Shown: positions 56,330 to 64,000 of the stretch, piece by piece | How positions within the stretch are numbered: the stretch's first letter is position 1 | Layout: every line of letters starts with the position of its first letter | Source: Planctomycetota bacterium | GTDB lineage: Bacteria; Planctomycetota; PLA2 | Length of the DNA: 64,000 nucleotides | Assembly (NCBI GenBank): GCA_021776785.1 | Contig: JAJFFF010000043.1 | Span: 4,196-68,195, forward strand | Direction: 5' to 3' | Program-made: the position numbers and the translations under genes | Notes under the pieces: generated by a model | What the model saw: only the letters and a program-made list of their open reading frames with translations | Told to the model about the DNA's origin: nothing | Database searches by the model: none

Positions 56330-58282
56330 ATGAACACGCGCGAGGACATCCCATTGCCGACGTTTTTTGTTGTCGAGGACGGTGAGACGACGCAGGTCCG
56401 CGTCGATAAATCGACAATCACGGTCGGGCGCTCGTCCGCGCGCGACATCTACGTCAAAGACATTCGGGTCTCCCGCCACCACTGCACCTTAGACAGCGCG
56501 GGGGACGACCTGCTCGTGCTCGATAAGGGGACGCCGAACGGCACGTACGTGAACGGCGCGCGCGTCGATAAGCAGCCGGTCGTGGCCGGGGATCGCATCG
56601 ATGTGGGCGCCGCGCGCATTTACGTCGAGCGGTTGCCGGTCGAGGAGCAGCGCGAAGAGTCGACTTGGACCGGCGAGGGCGACCGCCTGTACAAGGCCCC
56701 GCTCCCGACCGAACATGATCAGTTGGAGCGTTTGCAACGCATCGCGGCCGCGCTCAACTCCGAGCTCGATCTCGATCGCATCCTCGACCTGATCATGGAT
56801 CACGTCGTTGAAATTGCGCAGGCCGAGCGCGGCTTTTTGGTGCTGAAGTCGGGCGACACGATCACGGTGCCGGTGGCGCGCAACTTCCAGCGCGAAGATG
56901 TCATGCGGCCGGAACAGTCGTTTAGCCGTTCGATCGCCGATCGCGTGGCGCTCGGCGGCGACGCGGTCGTCACGGTCGATGCGCGCTCCGACAACCGTTT
57001 TGCGGAGTTTCAATCGATCCATGAGATCGCGCCGCGTTCGGTTCTGTGTATGCCGTTTCGCGAGCGCGGCCGGACCGTCGGTGTCGTCTACATCGACAAC
57101 CGCATCGCGCGCGGGGTCTTTGGGCGTGAGCACTTGGACGCGTTACAAAGTTTCGCCGACCTCGCCGCGGGCGCGATCTTGCGTGCGCAGGTGGAGCGGG
57201 AGCGCGACAACGCTCTGCTCCGCGTCAAGGCCATGTACGCCGAACTCAAGAACAAGTACGAGGAGCAGGGCGGACGCCTCCAGGAGATGGAGCGTGTGCT
57301 GGAGGCACGCCAAGCGTCACGTTCGACCAAACACGAGTACCCCGAAATCGTGGGCGAGAGCGATGTCATGCGCGCCGTGCTGGCGTTGCTCGACAAAATT
57401 GTTGCTTCCGACGAGACCGTCCTCATCGAAGGCGAGAACGGAACCGGTAAGGAGCTCATCGCGCAAGCGATCCATCGCAATAGCCGCCGGCAAAAAGGGC
57501 CGTTCATTGCGGAGAACGTGGCGGCGATCCCAGAGACTTTGGTCGAGAGCGAACTGTTCGGTCATACGCGCGGATCGTTCACCGGCGCGGACCGCGACAA
57601 ACGCGGGCTGTTCGAGCAAGCCGACGGCGGCACGCTGTTTCTCGATGAGGTCGGCGACATGCCGCTCGACGTGCAAAAGAAGCTGTTGCGCGTGCTCGAG
57701 ACGCGCGAAGTGCGCCGCGTCGGCGGCAAGGACACGATCAAGGTGGACGTGCGGATCATCTCCGCGACCAACCGTGACCTGCGCCGCATGGTGGAGGAGA
57801 ACGATTACCGCGAGGATCTGTTCTATCGCCTGCGCGTTCTCGCGATCGAGCTCCCGTCGCTGCGGGAGCGGCGTGGCGATGTCGCGCTTCTCGCGACTCA
57901 TTTTCTCCAGTCCCACGCCCCGAAGGGGGGCCGCGGCAAACAGATGACGTCGGCCGCGTTGAAGGCGATGGAGGCCTACCACTGGCCGGGCAACATCCGC
58001 GAGCTACAAAACGAGGTCCGTCGGCTGGTCACGTTTGCCGGGGACGTGATTCACGAGGAGGACCTGTCGGATCAGGTGCGGCAGGGGCCCCGCGCGTTCG
58101 CGGGCGTTCCGGGCGATTCCGACGAAGTTAGGAATCTGGACCAACTTGTCCGACAAGTAGAAGTGGACGAGATCCGCAAAGCGCTGGCTCTGGCGAGTAA
58201 TAACAAGACAAAGGCCGCCAAGATGTTGGGCATCTCGCGCTTCACACTTCAACGGAAAATGGAAAAGTACAACCTCGGATGA
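56330..58282 (+). CDS. Sigma-54-dependent transcriptional activator with N-terminal FHA and GAF domains (Fis-type HTH C-terminus)
   Basis: FHA ([25 protein letters not shown]...[10 protein letters not shown]), a GAF-like region, AAA+ sigma54-interaction motifs GENGTGKE, the GAFTGA-equivalent GSFTGA and ESELFGH, and a C-terminal Fis HTH ([19 protein letters not shown]). 650 aa. Confidence 0.9.
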   Translation: MNTREDIPLPTFFVVEDGETTQVRVDKSTITVGRSSARDIYVKDIRVSRHHCTLDSAGDDLLVLDKGTPNGTYVNGARVDKQPVVAGDRIDVGAARIYVERLPVEEQREESTWTGEGDRLYKAPLPTEHDQLERLQRIAAALNSELDLDRILDLIMDHVVEIAQAERGFLVLKSGDTITVPVARNFQREDVMRPEQSFSRSIADRVALGGDAVVTVDARSDNRFAEFQSIHEIAPRSVLCMPFRERGRTVGVVYIDNRIARGVFGREHLDALQSFADLAAGAILRAQVERERDNALLRVKAMYAELKNKYEEQGGRLQEMERVLEARQASRSTKHEYPEIVGESDVMRAVLALLDKIVASDETVLIEGENGTGKELIAQAIHRNSRRQKGPFIAENVAAIPETLVESELFGHTRGSFTGADRDKRGLFEQADGGTLFLDEVGDMPLDVQKKLLRVLETREVRRVGGKDTIKVDVRIISATNRDLRRMVEENDYREDLFYRLRVLAIELPSLRERRGDVALLATHFLQSHAPKGGRGKQMTSAALKAMEAYHWPGNIRELQNEVRRLVTFAGDVIHEEDLSDQVRQGPRAFAGVPGDSDEVRNLDQLVRQVEVDEIRKALALASNNKTKAAKMLGISRFTLQRKMEKYNLG

Positions 58283-59877
58283 ACCGCTCGATCGCTGCCC
58301 TGATGGTATTCGGACTGATCGCACTCCAAGCGCGCGCGCGGGCCGATGTGCTCTACGCCAAAGAGGGCGGCCGCGCGATGATTTCCAACGTGCGCGTCGT
58401 CGAGGAAAAGAACGGCAAGGTCTACTATCAGGACAAGACGCTCAAGGTGCGCGCGTTCCCGAAGAAAATGATCGGGCGCATTGAAGAGAAGCGTTGCGAC
58501 GTCCACGTGTACTTGGCGCGGCTGGAAAAAGCCGAGTCGGCCGATGAGGTCGTCGCCTTGGTCGAATGGGCGCAAGCTCGAAAGTTTCGCGGGGACGCGA
58601 TCGACCGCCTTTACAAGCGCGCGCTCGAACTCGATCCCGACAACGAAGCCGCCAACAAGGCGATGGGGCGCGTGCAATACGACGGGGCGTGGATGACGCC
58701 CGCCGAGAAAGCGAAACGCGAGGCCGACAGCGGCGCCGCCGAGATGCGCGCGAAAGGACTCGTTCCTTGGAAGGGCAAGTGGGTTACCCCTGAGGACAAA
58801 GAACAACTCGAACGCGGCCTCGTGAAGTACCGCGGGCGTTGGATGACCGAGGACCAGGTCAAGCGCGCCCAAGGTTTTGTGAAACACGAGGGGCGCTGGA
58901 TCAAGAAAGACGATCTCGCCGCGGCGGAGCTGATTGGTCCGGCCCGGCGCGACACCGGACTCGGCGCGCGTTTGCTCGTCGTGCAAACCGAGCACTTCGC
59001 GGTGTTGGGCGACCTGCCGCAACCGCAGCTCCAGGAGTTGGGCGGCGTCCTCGAGCGGACGTTCTCGGAATGGCTGCGCCTGTTTCCGGACACGGCCGAC
59101 AATATTTTGGAAGGCAAGTGCCGGGTCTTTGTTTTTCGCAAGGCGCCGCCGTACCAGCGGTTGGTTCGCGCGAAGCACAAGCGTCTCCTCGCAAGCGGCC
59201 GATTTACCGGCGATCGTCTCAAGATCGAAACGCTGCGGATGAAGATGCGCCTGCGCGAGACGAACTTCTGGGAGGTTGTGCCCAACCCGATGACGGTGCA
59301 CGTGCAGATGCCCGACTCGATCGAGGCGCTTCGTTCGCGGTGCGTGCACTACGCCACCAACGTGTTGATGAGTCGCTATCGCGAGATTCGCTTCCCCACG
59401 TGGTGGCTGAACGAGGGCGTGGCGTACTACCTCGAGAAGCGCGTTACGGGCATGATCGTGACGTACAACGTCGATGTGGGAGGCGGCGGCAGCGGTCGCT
59501 ACGCCGGCGAAGGCGGGCCCGTCAACGAGGGCCAAGCCAACCCGTGGATGGACGCCAAGAAGTGGGAGTCCATGCTCAAGCAGCTGGTCATCGCTGGCAA
59601 GGCGCCGTCGCTCGACAAGATGAAGAGCAAGGACCTGTTCACGCCCGGCAACAAGTTGACCGTGCCCGACATCGCCAAGGCGTACACGCTGGTCCGGCTG
59701 CTCGTGCGCATGGATCCAAAAAAGTTCGCCAAGTTTGTCGGCGACGCCAAGACCGGCAAGAGCGAAAACCCGGTCGAGCGCGAAGTCTCCGCGGTGATCA
59801 AGCACTACGGCGGCTACAAGAAAATCGAAGCAAGCTGGGTCGAATACGCGACCAACGGTTTCCGCGTCGGCCGTTAA
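58279..59877 (+). CDS. Secreted hypothetical protein with four G(R/K)W(M/V/I)T(P/E)ED(K/Q) short repeats
   Basis: ATGA overlap with the activator gene. Signal peptide [22 protein letters not shown]. Repeats GAWMTPAEK, KGKWVTPEDK, RGRWMTEDQ and EGRWIKKDD. 532 aa. Confidence 0.6.
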   Translation: MNRSIAALMVFGLIALQARARADVLYAKEGGRAMISNVRVVEEKNGKVYYQDKTLKVRAFPKKMIGRIEEKRCDVHVYLARLEKAESADEVVALVEWAQARKFRGDAIDRLYKRALELDPDNEAANKAMGRVQYDGAWMTPAEKAKREADSGAAEMRAKGLVPWKGKWVTPEDKEQLERGLVKYRGRWMTEDQVKRAQGFVKHEGRWIKKDDLAAAELIGPARRDTGLGARLLVVQTEHFAVLGDLPQPQLQELGGVLERTFSEWLRLFPDTADNILEGKCRVFVFRKAPPYQRLVRAKHKRLLASGRFTGDRLKIETLRMKMRLRETNFWEVVPNPMTVHVQMPDSIEALRSRCVHYATNVLMSRYREIRFPTWWLNEGVAYYLEKRVTGMIVTYNVDVGGGGSGRYAGEGGPVNEGQANPWMDAKKWESMLKQLVIAGKAPSLDKMKSKDLFTPGNKLTVPDIAKAYTLVRLLVRMDPKKFAKFVGDAKTGKSENPVEREVSAVIKHYGGYKKIEASWVEYATNGFRVGR

Positions 59878-59945
59878 GAGGCCGAATCGCCCCGAATCGA
59901 GAACTTCCGTCCGACGCGCGTCGTCCCGCGTTCTAAACTAGTGCT

Positions 59946-61511
59946 GTGCAGCGGGCTCTCGTACTTGCTCTCTTCTTGTTGATCGGTCACCCGGGGGCGC
60001 TCCGTGCCGCGCCGGAAGAAGGGCGCACGTGGTCCACGCCGGTGTTGTTCCGCGTCCCCGATTCCAAGTCGCGCCAAGAGATCCGCGAGTTGATCGGCTC
60101 CAAACACCTCGGATCCAGTACAGACGGCGAACGAAAGAAAGCGCGCACCAAACTCACCGAATTCGGGGAGTGGGCCGTTCCGGAACTGTCCAAGAGCGTC
60201 ATGGGGCGTGGCAAAGCGCGCGTGCGCATGAACGCGGCGATCGTGCTCGTGCGCATCGGCTCGCGCCGTGGCATCGATCCGCTCGGCACGGCTCTCGCCA
60301 AGGGGGGCGACGCGGGCCTGGAGCTGGTTATACCCGCGCTGGGGCTCGGGCTGTTTCAGCGTCCCCGCGACATCGCCGTGCTCGATGCGGCGTCGCGCAA
60401 GTACAAGTCGCGCTCCGCGATCGCTGCGCTGCTTGCGCTGGCGAAGATGCCCGGGCGCGAACCCGAACGCTTGTTGCGCGCGTACCTAGATGACATGCCG
60501 CGCCGGCCGGGCCTGGTGGCCGCCGCGCGCATCGCGACGACCTTGGTGTTCCCGGACGAAAAACCGGAAGTCGCCTTGGCGAGCAAGGATCGCGTGGTGC
60601 GGATGGCCGCCGCCGTGTGCGTCTGCCTCCGCCCGAGCGCGGCGGCGCGCGACCCGCTGTTGAAGCTGATCGAAAAGGCGCCGCGCGAACGGGACGAAGT
60701 GCGGACGCTTCAGATCCACGCGCTGGCGGCGCTGCCGCGTGACGAATCAATTCGCAATGCTCTCCTCAAGCTCGCGCAAAAGTCCGGCAAGCGTTCCGCT
60801 GCGCGCTGGGCGGCGCTCATGGGGCTGTGCGACGAGCGCGGTCACAAGGAAGATTTCCCAAAACTCGCGCGCCTGTTGCGCGACACCGATGATCGCAACC
60901 CGGCCATGGGGGCGCTGCTGACAGCGATCGTCCGCACGGGGCACGAGGAAGCGACGCCGACCGCGATGCGCGTCTTGGCGCGGCACAAGGCGTCTTCGTT
61001 TGCGGCGGCCTGCGCACTCCTTGTCGAATTCGCGCGCGCCACCGATAAAAAAGTATCGAACGCGGGTATCGACGAGTTGGTGAACCACAGGCGTGACGCG
61101 AAAACGGAAGCGCTCCAAGATCTCCTTCGGGCGGCGGGCAGTGTTGCTCTTGCACCCCTCGCCGACCGTACAAAGCTCGTGCGCGAAACACTGCGCGCCC
61201 TCGACGACGAATTCGTTTTGGACCACTGGTGGCGGGATCGCGACCAGCGCGCGTTCGTGTTGCTGCACCGATTCTTGCCGCGGTTGTTCGAACTCGACGA
61301 GATCGTGGAACGCGCCGACCCGTCCCGCAACGCGCCCGGACTTCCCGGCGGCATCGCCGTCGACCCGAATGCGGGCGGGCCGGGTTCCGGTGACACCGAA
61401 AGAGAAACGCGCAAGCCGGCGCGCGCGAATCCGGAAGAGCAAGACGTGTTCGCCTTCTTGGATGAACGCCCGTACTTCGCACGCGAGGACCGGCGGGAGC
61501 GCACGCGATGA
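59946..61511 (+). CDS. Secreted HEAT/ARM-like repeat protein (hypothetical)
   Basis: Signal peptide MQRALVLALFLLIGHPGALRA, then helical repeats rich in (V/I)R..AA.AL units. 521 aa. Its stop overlaps the kinase start (ATGA at 61508-61511). Confidence 0.6.
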   Translation: MQRALVLALFLLIGHPGALRAAPEEGRTWSTPVLFRVPDSKSRQEIRELIGSKHLGSSTDGERKKARTKLTEFGEWAVPELSKSVMGRGKARVRMNAAIVLVRIGSRRGIDPLGTALAKGGDAGLELVIPALGLGLFQRPRDIAVLDAASRKYKSRSAIAALLALAKMPGREPERLLRAYLDDMPRRPGLVAAARIATTLVFPDEKPEVALASKDRVVRMAAAVCVCLRPSAAARDPLLKLIEKAPRERDEVRTLQIHALAALPRDESIRNALLKLAQKSGKRSAARWAALMGLCDERGHKEDFPKLARLLRDTDDRNPAMGALLTAIVRTGHEEATPTAMRVLARHKASSFAAACALLVEFARATDKKVSNAGIDELVNHRRDAKTEALQDLLRAAGSVALAPLADRTKLVRETLRALDDEFVLDHWWRDRDQRAFVLLHRFLPRLFELDEIVERADPSRNAPGLPGGIAVDPNAGGPGSGDTERETRKPARANPEEQDVFAFLDERPYFAREDRRERTR

Positions 61512-64000
61512 GTTCGGTGCGCGAAGATCAGCTGATTGCCGAGTACGTGCGGCAACAGAAGTTCGCGACGGACGCGCAGATTGCGGAGTGCGTGGGGCTC
61601 GCGGAGCGCATGAGAGCCGAGATGCAGCTCAAGACGTCGCTTTCCGACGTCTTGCTCAAGCGCGGCTACATCAACAAGGCACAGTTCACAGCGCTTGAGC
61701 AAGCCTTTGATCCGGCGGGTGCGGCACGCCGGCGCAACGTGATCCCCGGCTATCAGCTCCTGGATCGCGTTGGCGTTGGTGCGATGGGTTCGGTGTATCG
61801 TGCGAACGATCTTCAATTGGAGATCCCGGTCGCGATCAAGATCTTGCGGCTCGCGCTCGCGTCGTCACCGACGCAGATCGAACGTCTCAAGCGCGAGGCG
61901 CGATTGGTCGCCAAGCTGTCGCATCCCAACATCGTGACCAGCCGCGCCGTCGGTGAGTCGGCGGGGCTGCACTACCTGGTGATGGAGTTCGTGGACGGCG
62001 AAACCGTACGCCAAGCGTTGCGCGGCGGGCCGTTGCCCGAAAAGACAGCGTTGTCGATCGCGCGCGACGTCGCCTTGGCGTTGGAGCACGCGCACGCCGC
62101 GGGCATCATCCATCGCGACGTAAAACCCGGCAACGTCATGCGTGCGACGGACGGCACGATCAAGCTCGCGGACTTCGGATTGGCGCGCGGGAAGGCGCCG
62201 AGCGATCTTACGCTTGAACACGCGTCCATCGGAACACCGCACTACGTCGCGCCCGAGCAGATGCGCCGCGCGTCCGACGCGACCGAGCGCTCCGACCTGT
62301 TCAGCTTGGGGGCGACGATCTATCACATGGTGACGGGGCGTCCGCCGTTTCAGGGCCAGACTCTGGGCGAGATCGTGCAAAACGTCATGGCGTGCCGCTT
62401 CGATCCGCCGGAGAAACTGCGCCCCGACCTCAGCCTCGACGCGATCTTTTTGATCCACAAGCTCATGCGTCCCGATCCGCGCGAACGCTACGCGAACGCG
62501 CGCGCCGTCGTCGAGGACATCGAGCGGTTGGAGCGCGGCGAGTCGATCGCTCCCAACACGTTTCGCGGCGAGTACCGCGCGCACCTGACCGCAAAGCGAT
62601 GGCGCGGCGCGCTCATCGGGGTGGCTGGGTTGTTGCTTGCGGCGATCCCGCTCCTCTGGTGGCTCAACTCGCGCGGCGAACAGCGCGAGCAGGAGAAGTT
62701 TGCCAAGCAGTGTCAGGCGCTGCGTGCCACCGGAAAAAACAAGTGGGATAAAGCCAAGACGATCCCCGAGCTGCGGGCGACGGCCGCCGCCATGGACAAA
62801 GCGTGGCTCGCTGCTGAAACGTGCGGCGGAACGCGCGAGCTCGAAGCCCGTCGGCTGAGGGTAAACGAGAACTTAGACGCGTTGGATCAAGCCGCCGCGG
62901 CGAGCCGGGAAGCGGCGGAACCCGGCAAGAACTATCGGCTCCTGCGCGCCCAAGCGCGAGCCGCGTTGCAGCGCGCGACACTGGACCCCGTGCGCGCCGC
63001 GATCGCGGTCCACGTCGACGCCATCGTCACCGCGTCGGCGCGGGCACTCGAAAAGCGCAAAACCGTGTGGGAGGCAACACCGATCCCGGACCGTAAGGCG
63101 GCGCGCGCGGCCCTCGCTGCGTTCGCGAAGGACGTTCCGGATGCGTTTGTCGATGCGGCCGGGCATGAAAGCCTGGCGCTAAGAAACTCGTTTTCGGAAC
63201 TGGAAGCGTTCGAGAAACTCCAGCGACCGGACTACCTGGCGTTGGAAACCGACGACAACTTTGCGAGCTGGCGCCAGCGGCACAACATCTACACGAAAGC
63301 CTTGAACGAGCGACTCGCGTCGTCGGGTCTCAGCAGTCGCTACCAAGACCTGTTTCGCGATCCCAGATTGGTGACGGCGCACGAAGCGCGCGAGTTCGAA
63401 CATTGGAAGGCCATTGAGAAAAAGGTCGATGCGGCGCTGGCGCGGCGTGATGTCGCGGCGGCGCGCAAGGCGCTCGGTGACTACCCAAGGCGAGCAAACA
63501 AATATCGCAAGGAAGCGGAGGAGAAGGCGACCGCGATCGACCAGTTTGGCAAGAGCAAGAGTGCGGAACAGCAGAAACGACTGGGCGCCTTTCGAATCAC
63601 CTTGCTCCAGGCGCTGACGCGACGTGACTACGCCGCCGCCGCGCGCGTGGGGCGCGACGCGAAGGACGCGCTGGGGTGGACCGACGCCGTCCAGCGCGAC
63701 GTCGATGTGTTCTCCGCTCACGCCCAGCGCTTCGGGCAACTCGCGGGCCTTTTGGAAACAACGCGGAAGGTGCCGCGCCCTTGGACACGGAAGAAAGTCG
63801 AAGCGGCGTTGGCCTCGGACGTGCCGGCGGATGCGTGGCCGATGGCGTACTACTTGTTTGGCGAGTCGTACGCCGCCGTTGACCCACGCGCCGGACGACG
63901 CGGCCTCGACGAAGCCGTTAGCTACTTCCGTGGCGCGAACCGCTGGCGTCTCGTCGATGAGCGCAGCGACGAACTCAACGAGTTGTTGAAACAGCGCGAG
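61508..64000 (+). CDS. Hanks-type serine/threonine protein kinase with one TM helix and a large extracytoplasmic helical domain (3' end beyond window)
   Basis: Kinase motifs GVGAMGSVYRA (Gly-loop), VAIKIL (VAIK), HRDVKPGNV (catalytic loop), DFGLA and GTPHYVAPE. TM WRGALIGVAGLLLAAIPLLWW after the kinase domain. Frame open to the window end, so it is absent from the ORF track. Confidence 0.85.
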   Translation, partial: MSSVREDQLIAEYVRQQKFATDAQIAECVGLAERMRAEMQLKTSLSDVLLKRGYINKAQFTALEQAFDPAGAARRRNVIPGYQLLDRVGVGAMGSVYRANDLQLEIPVAIKILRLALASSPTQIERLKREARLVAKLSHPNIVTSRAVGESAGLHYLVMEFVDGETVRQALRGGPLPEKTALSIARDVALALEHAHAAGIIHRDVKPGNVMRATDGTIKLADFGLARGKAPSDLTLEHASIGTPHYVAPEQMRRASDATERSDLFSLGATIYHMVTGRPPFQGQTLGEIVQNVMACRFDPPEKLRPDLSLDAIFLIHKLMRPDPRERYANARAVVEDIERLERGESIAPNTFRGEYRAHLTAKRWRGALIGVAGLLLAAIPLLWWLNSRGEQREQEKFAKQCQALRATGKNKWDKAKTIPELRATAAAMDKAWLAAETCGGTRELEARRLRVNENLDALDQAAAASREAAEPGKNYRLLRAQARAALQRATLDPVRAAIAVHVDAIVTASARALEKRKTVWEATPIPDRKAARAALAAFAKDVPDAFVDAAGHESLALRNSFSELEAFEKLQRPDYLALETDDNFASWRQRHNIYTKALNERLASSGLSSRYQDLFRDPRLVTAHEAREFEHWKAIEKKVDAALARRDVAAARKALGDYPRRANKYRKEAEEKATAIDQFGKSKSAEQQKRLGAFRITLLQALTRRDYAAAARVGRDAKDALGWTDAVQRDVDVFSAHAQRFGQLAGLLETTRKVPRPWTRKKVEAALASDVPADAWPMAYYLFGESYAAVDPRAGRRGLDEAVSYFRGANRWRLVDERSDELNELLKQRE

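Noticed and set aside
58249-59805. 518-aa minus-strand ORF
   Set aside because: Antisense to the secreted repeat protein (58279-59877). No motifs, R/L/G-rich.
1-64000. Search for tRNA, rRNA and other structured-RNA genes and for IS/transposase or integrase genes
   Set aside because: No TpsiC-loop (GGTTCGAATCC-like) or cloverleaf-compatible segment found. No transposase, integrase or recombinase-like ORF. The window looks like core chromosome apart from the small inverted-repeat element.

Overview
High-GC (~68%) bacterial chromosomal window with dense coding on both strands and no rRNA, tRNA, CRISPR array or classical IS/transposase recognised. The gene content suggests a Myxococcota-, Gemmatimonadota- or Planctomycetota-like organism, but this is inference only: many secreted HEAT-repeat and carboxypeptidase-regulatory-like (CarbopepD_reg) beta-sandwich repeat proteins, an FHA-sigma54 activator, a Hanks-type Ser/Thr kinase and an ECF-sigma fusion. 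Housekeeping content: a propionyl-CoA to succinyl-CoA module (methylmalonyl-CoA mutase catalytic subunit, epimerase, and a split three-subunit acyl-CoA carboxylase: pccB, accC and a separate BCCP), pdxH, glyQS, tpiA-secG-yicC-gmk, a separate coaC/coaB pair, pgsA, a DAHP synthase and an RluA-family pseudouridine synthase. Ten adjacent gene pairs use ATGA/GTGA start-stop overlaps, which helps define operons. Observations worth a second look: (1) an ECF sigma factor fused through one transmembrane helix to a ~750-aa extracytoplasmic CarbopepD_reg repeat domain; (2) a five-gene operon of a TPR-CHAT caspase-like protease, a secreted S8 subtilase, two paralogous small beta-sandwich proteins and a soluble histidine kinase; (3) an operon of an MscS-like channel, a 1234-aa protein with a voltage-sensor-like S1-S4 module and an MBOAT acyltransferase; (4) a 276-bp element bounded by perfect 31-bp inverted repeats, each a hairpin plus T-run, lying between two convergent genes (MITE or bidirectional terminator/sRNA candidate); (5) a membrane protein with a ~230-residue poly-Asp/Glu tail in an operon with pgsA, a HAMP-PP2C phosphatase and a MazG-like protein; (6) a MerR-HTH::ParA fusion; (7) an FHA-GAF-sigma54 activator operon ending in a Ser/Thr kinase. 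All family assignments come from reading motifs in the translations; no database search was run.
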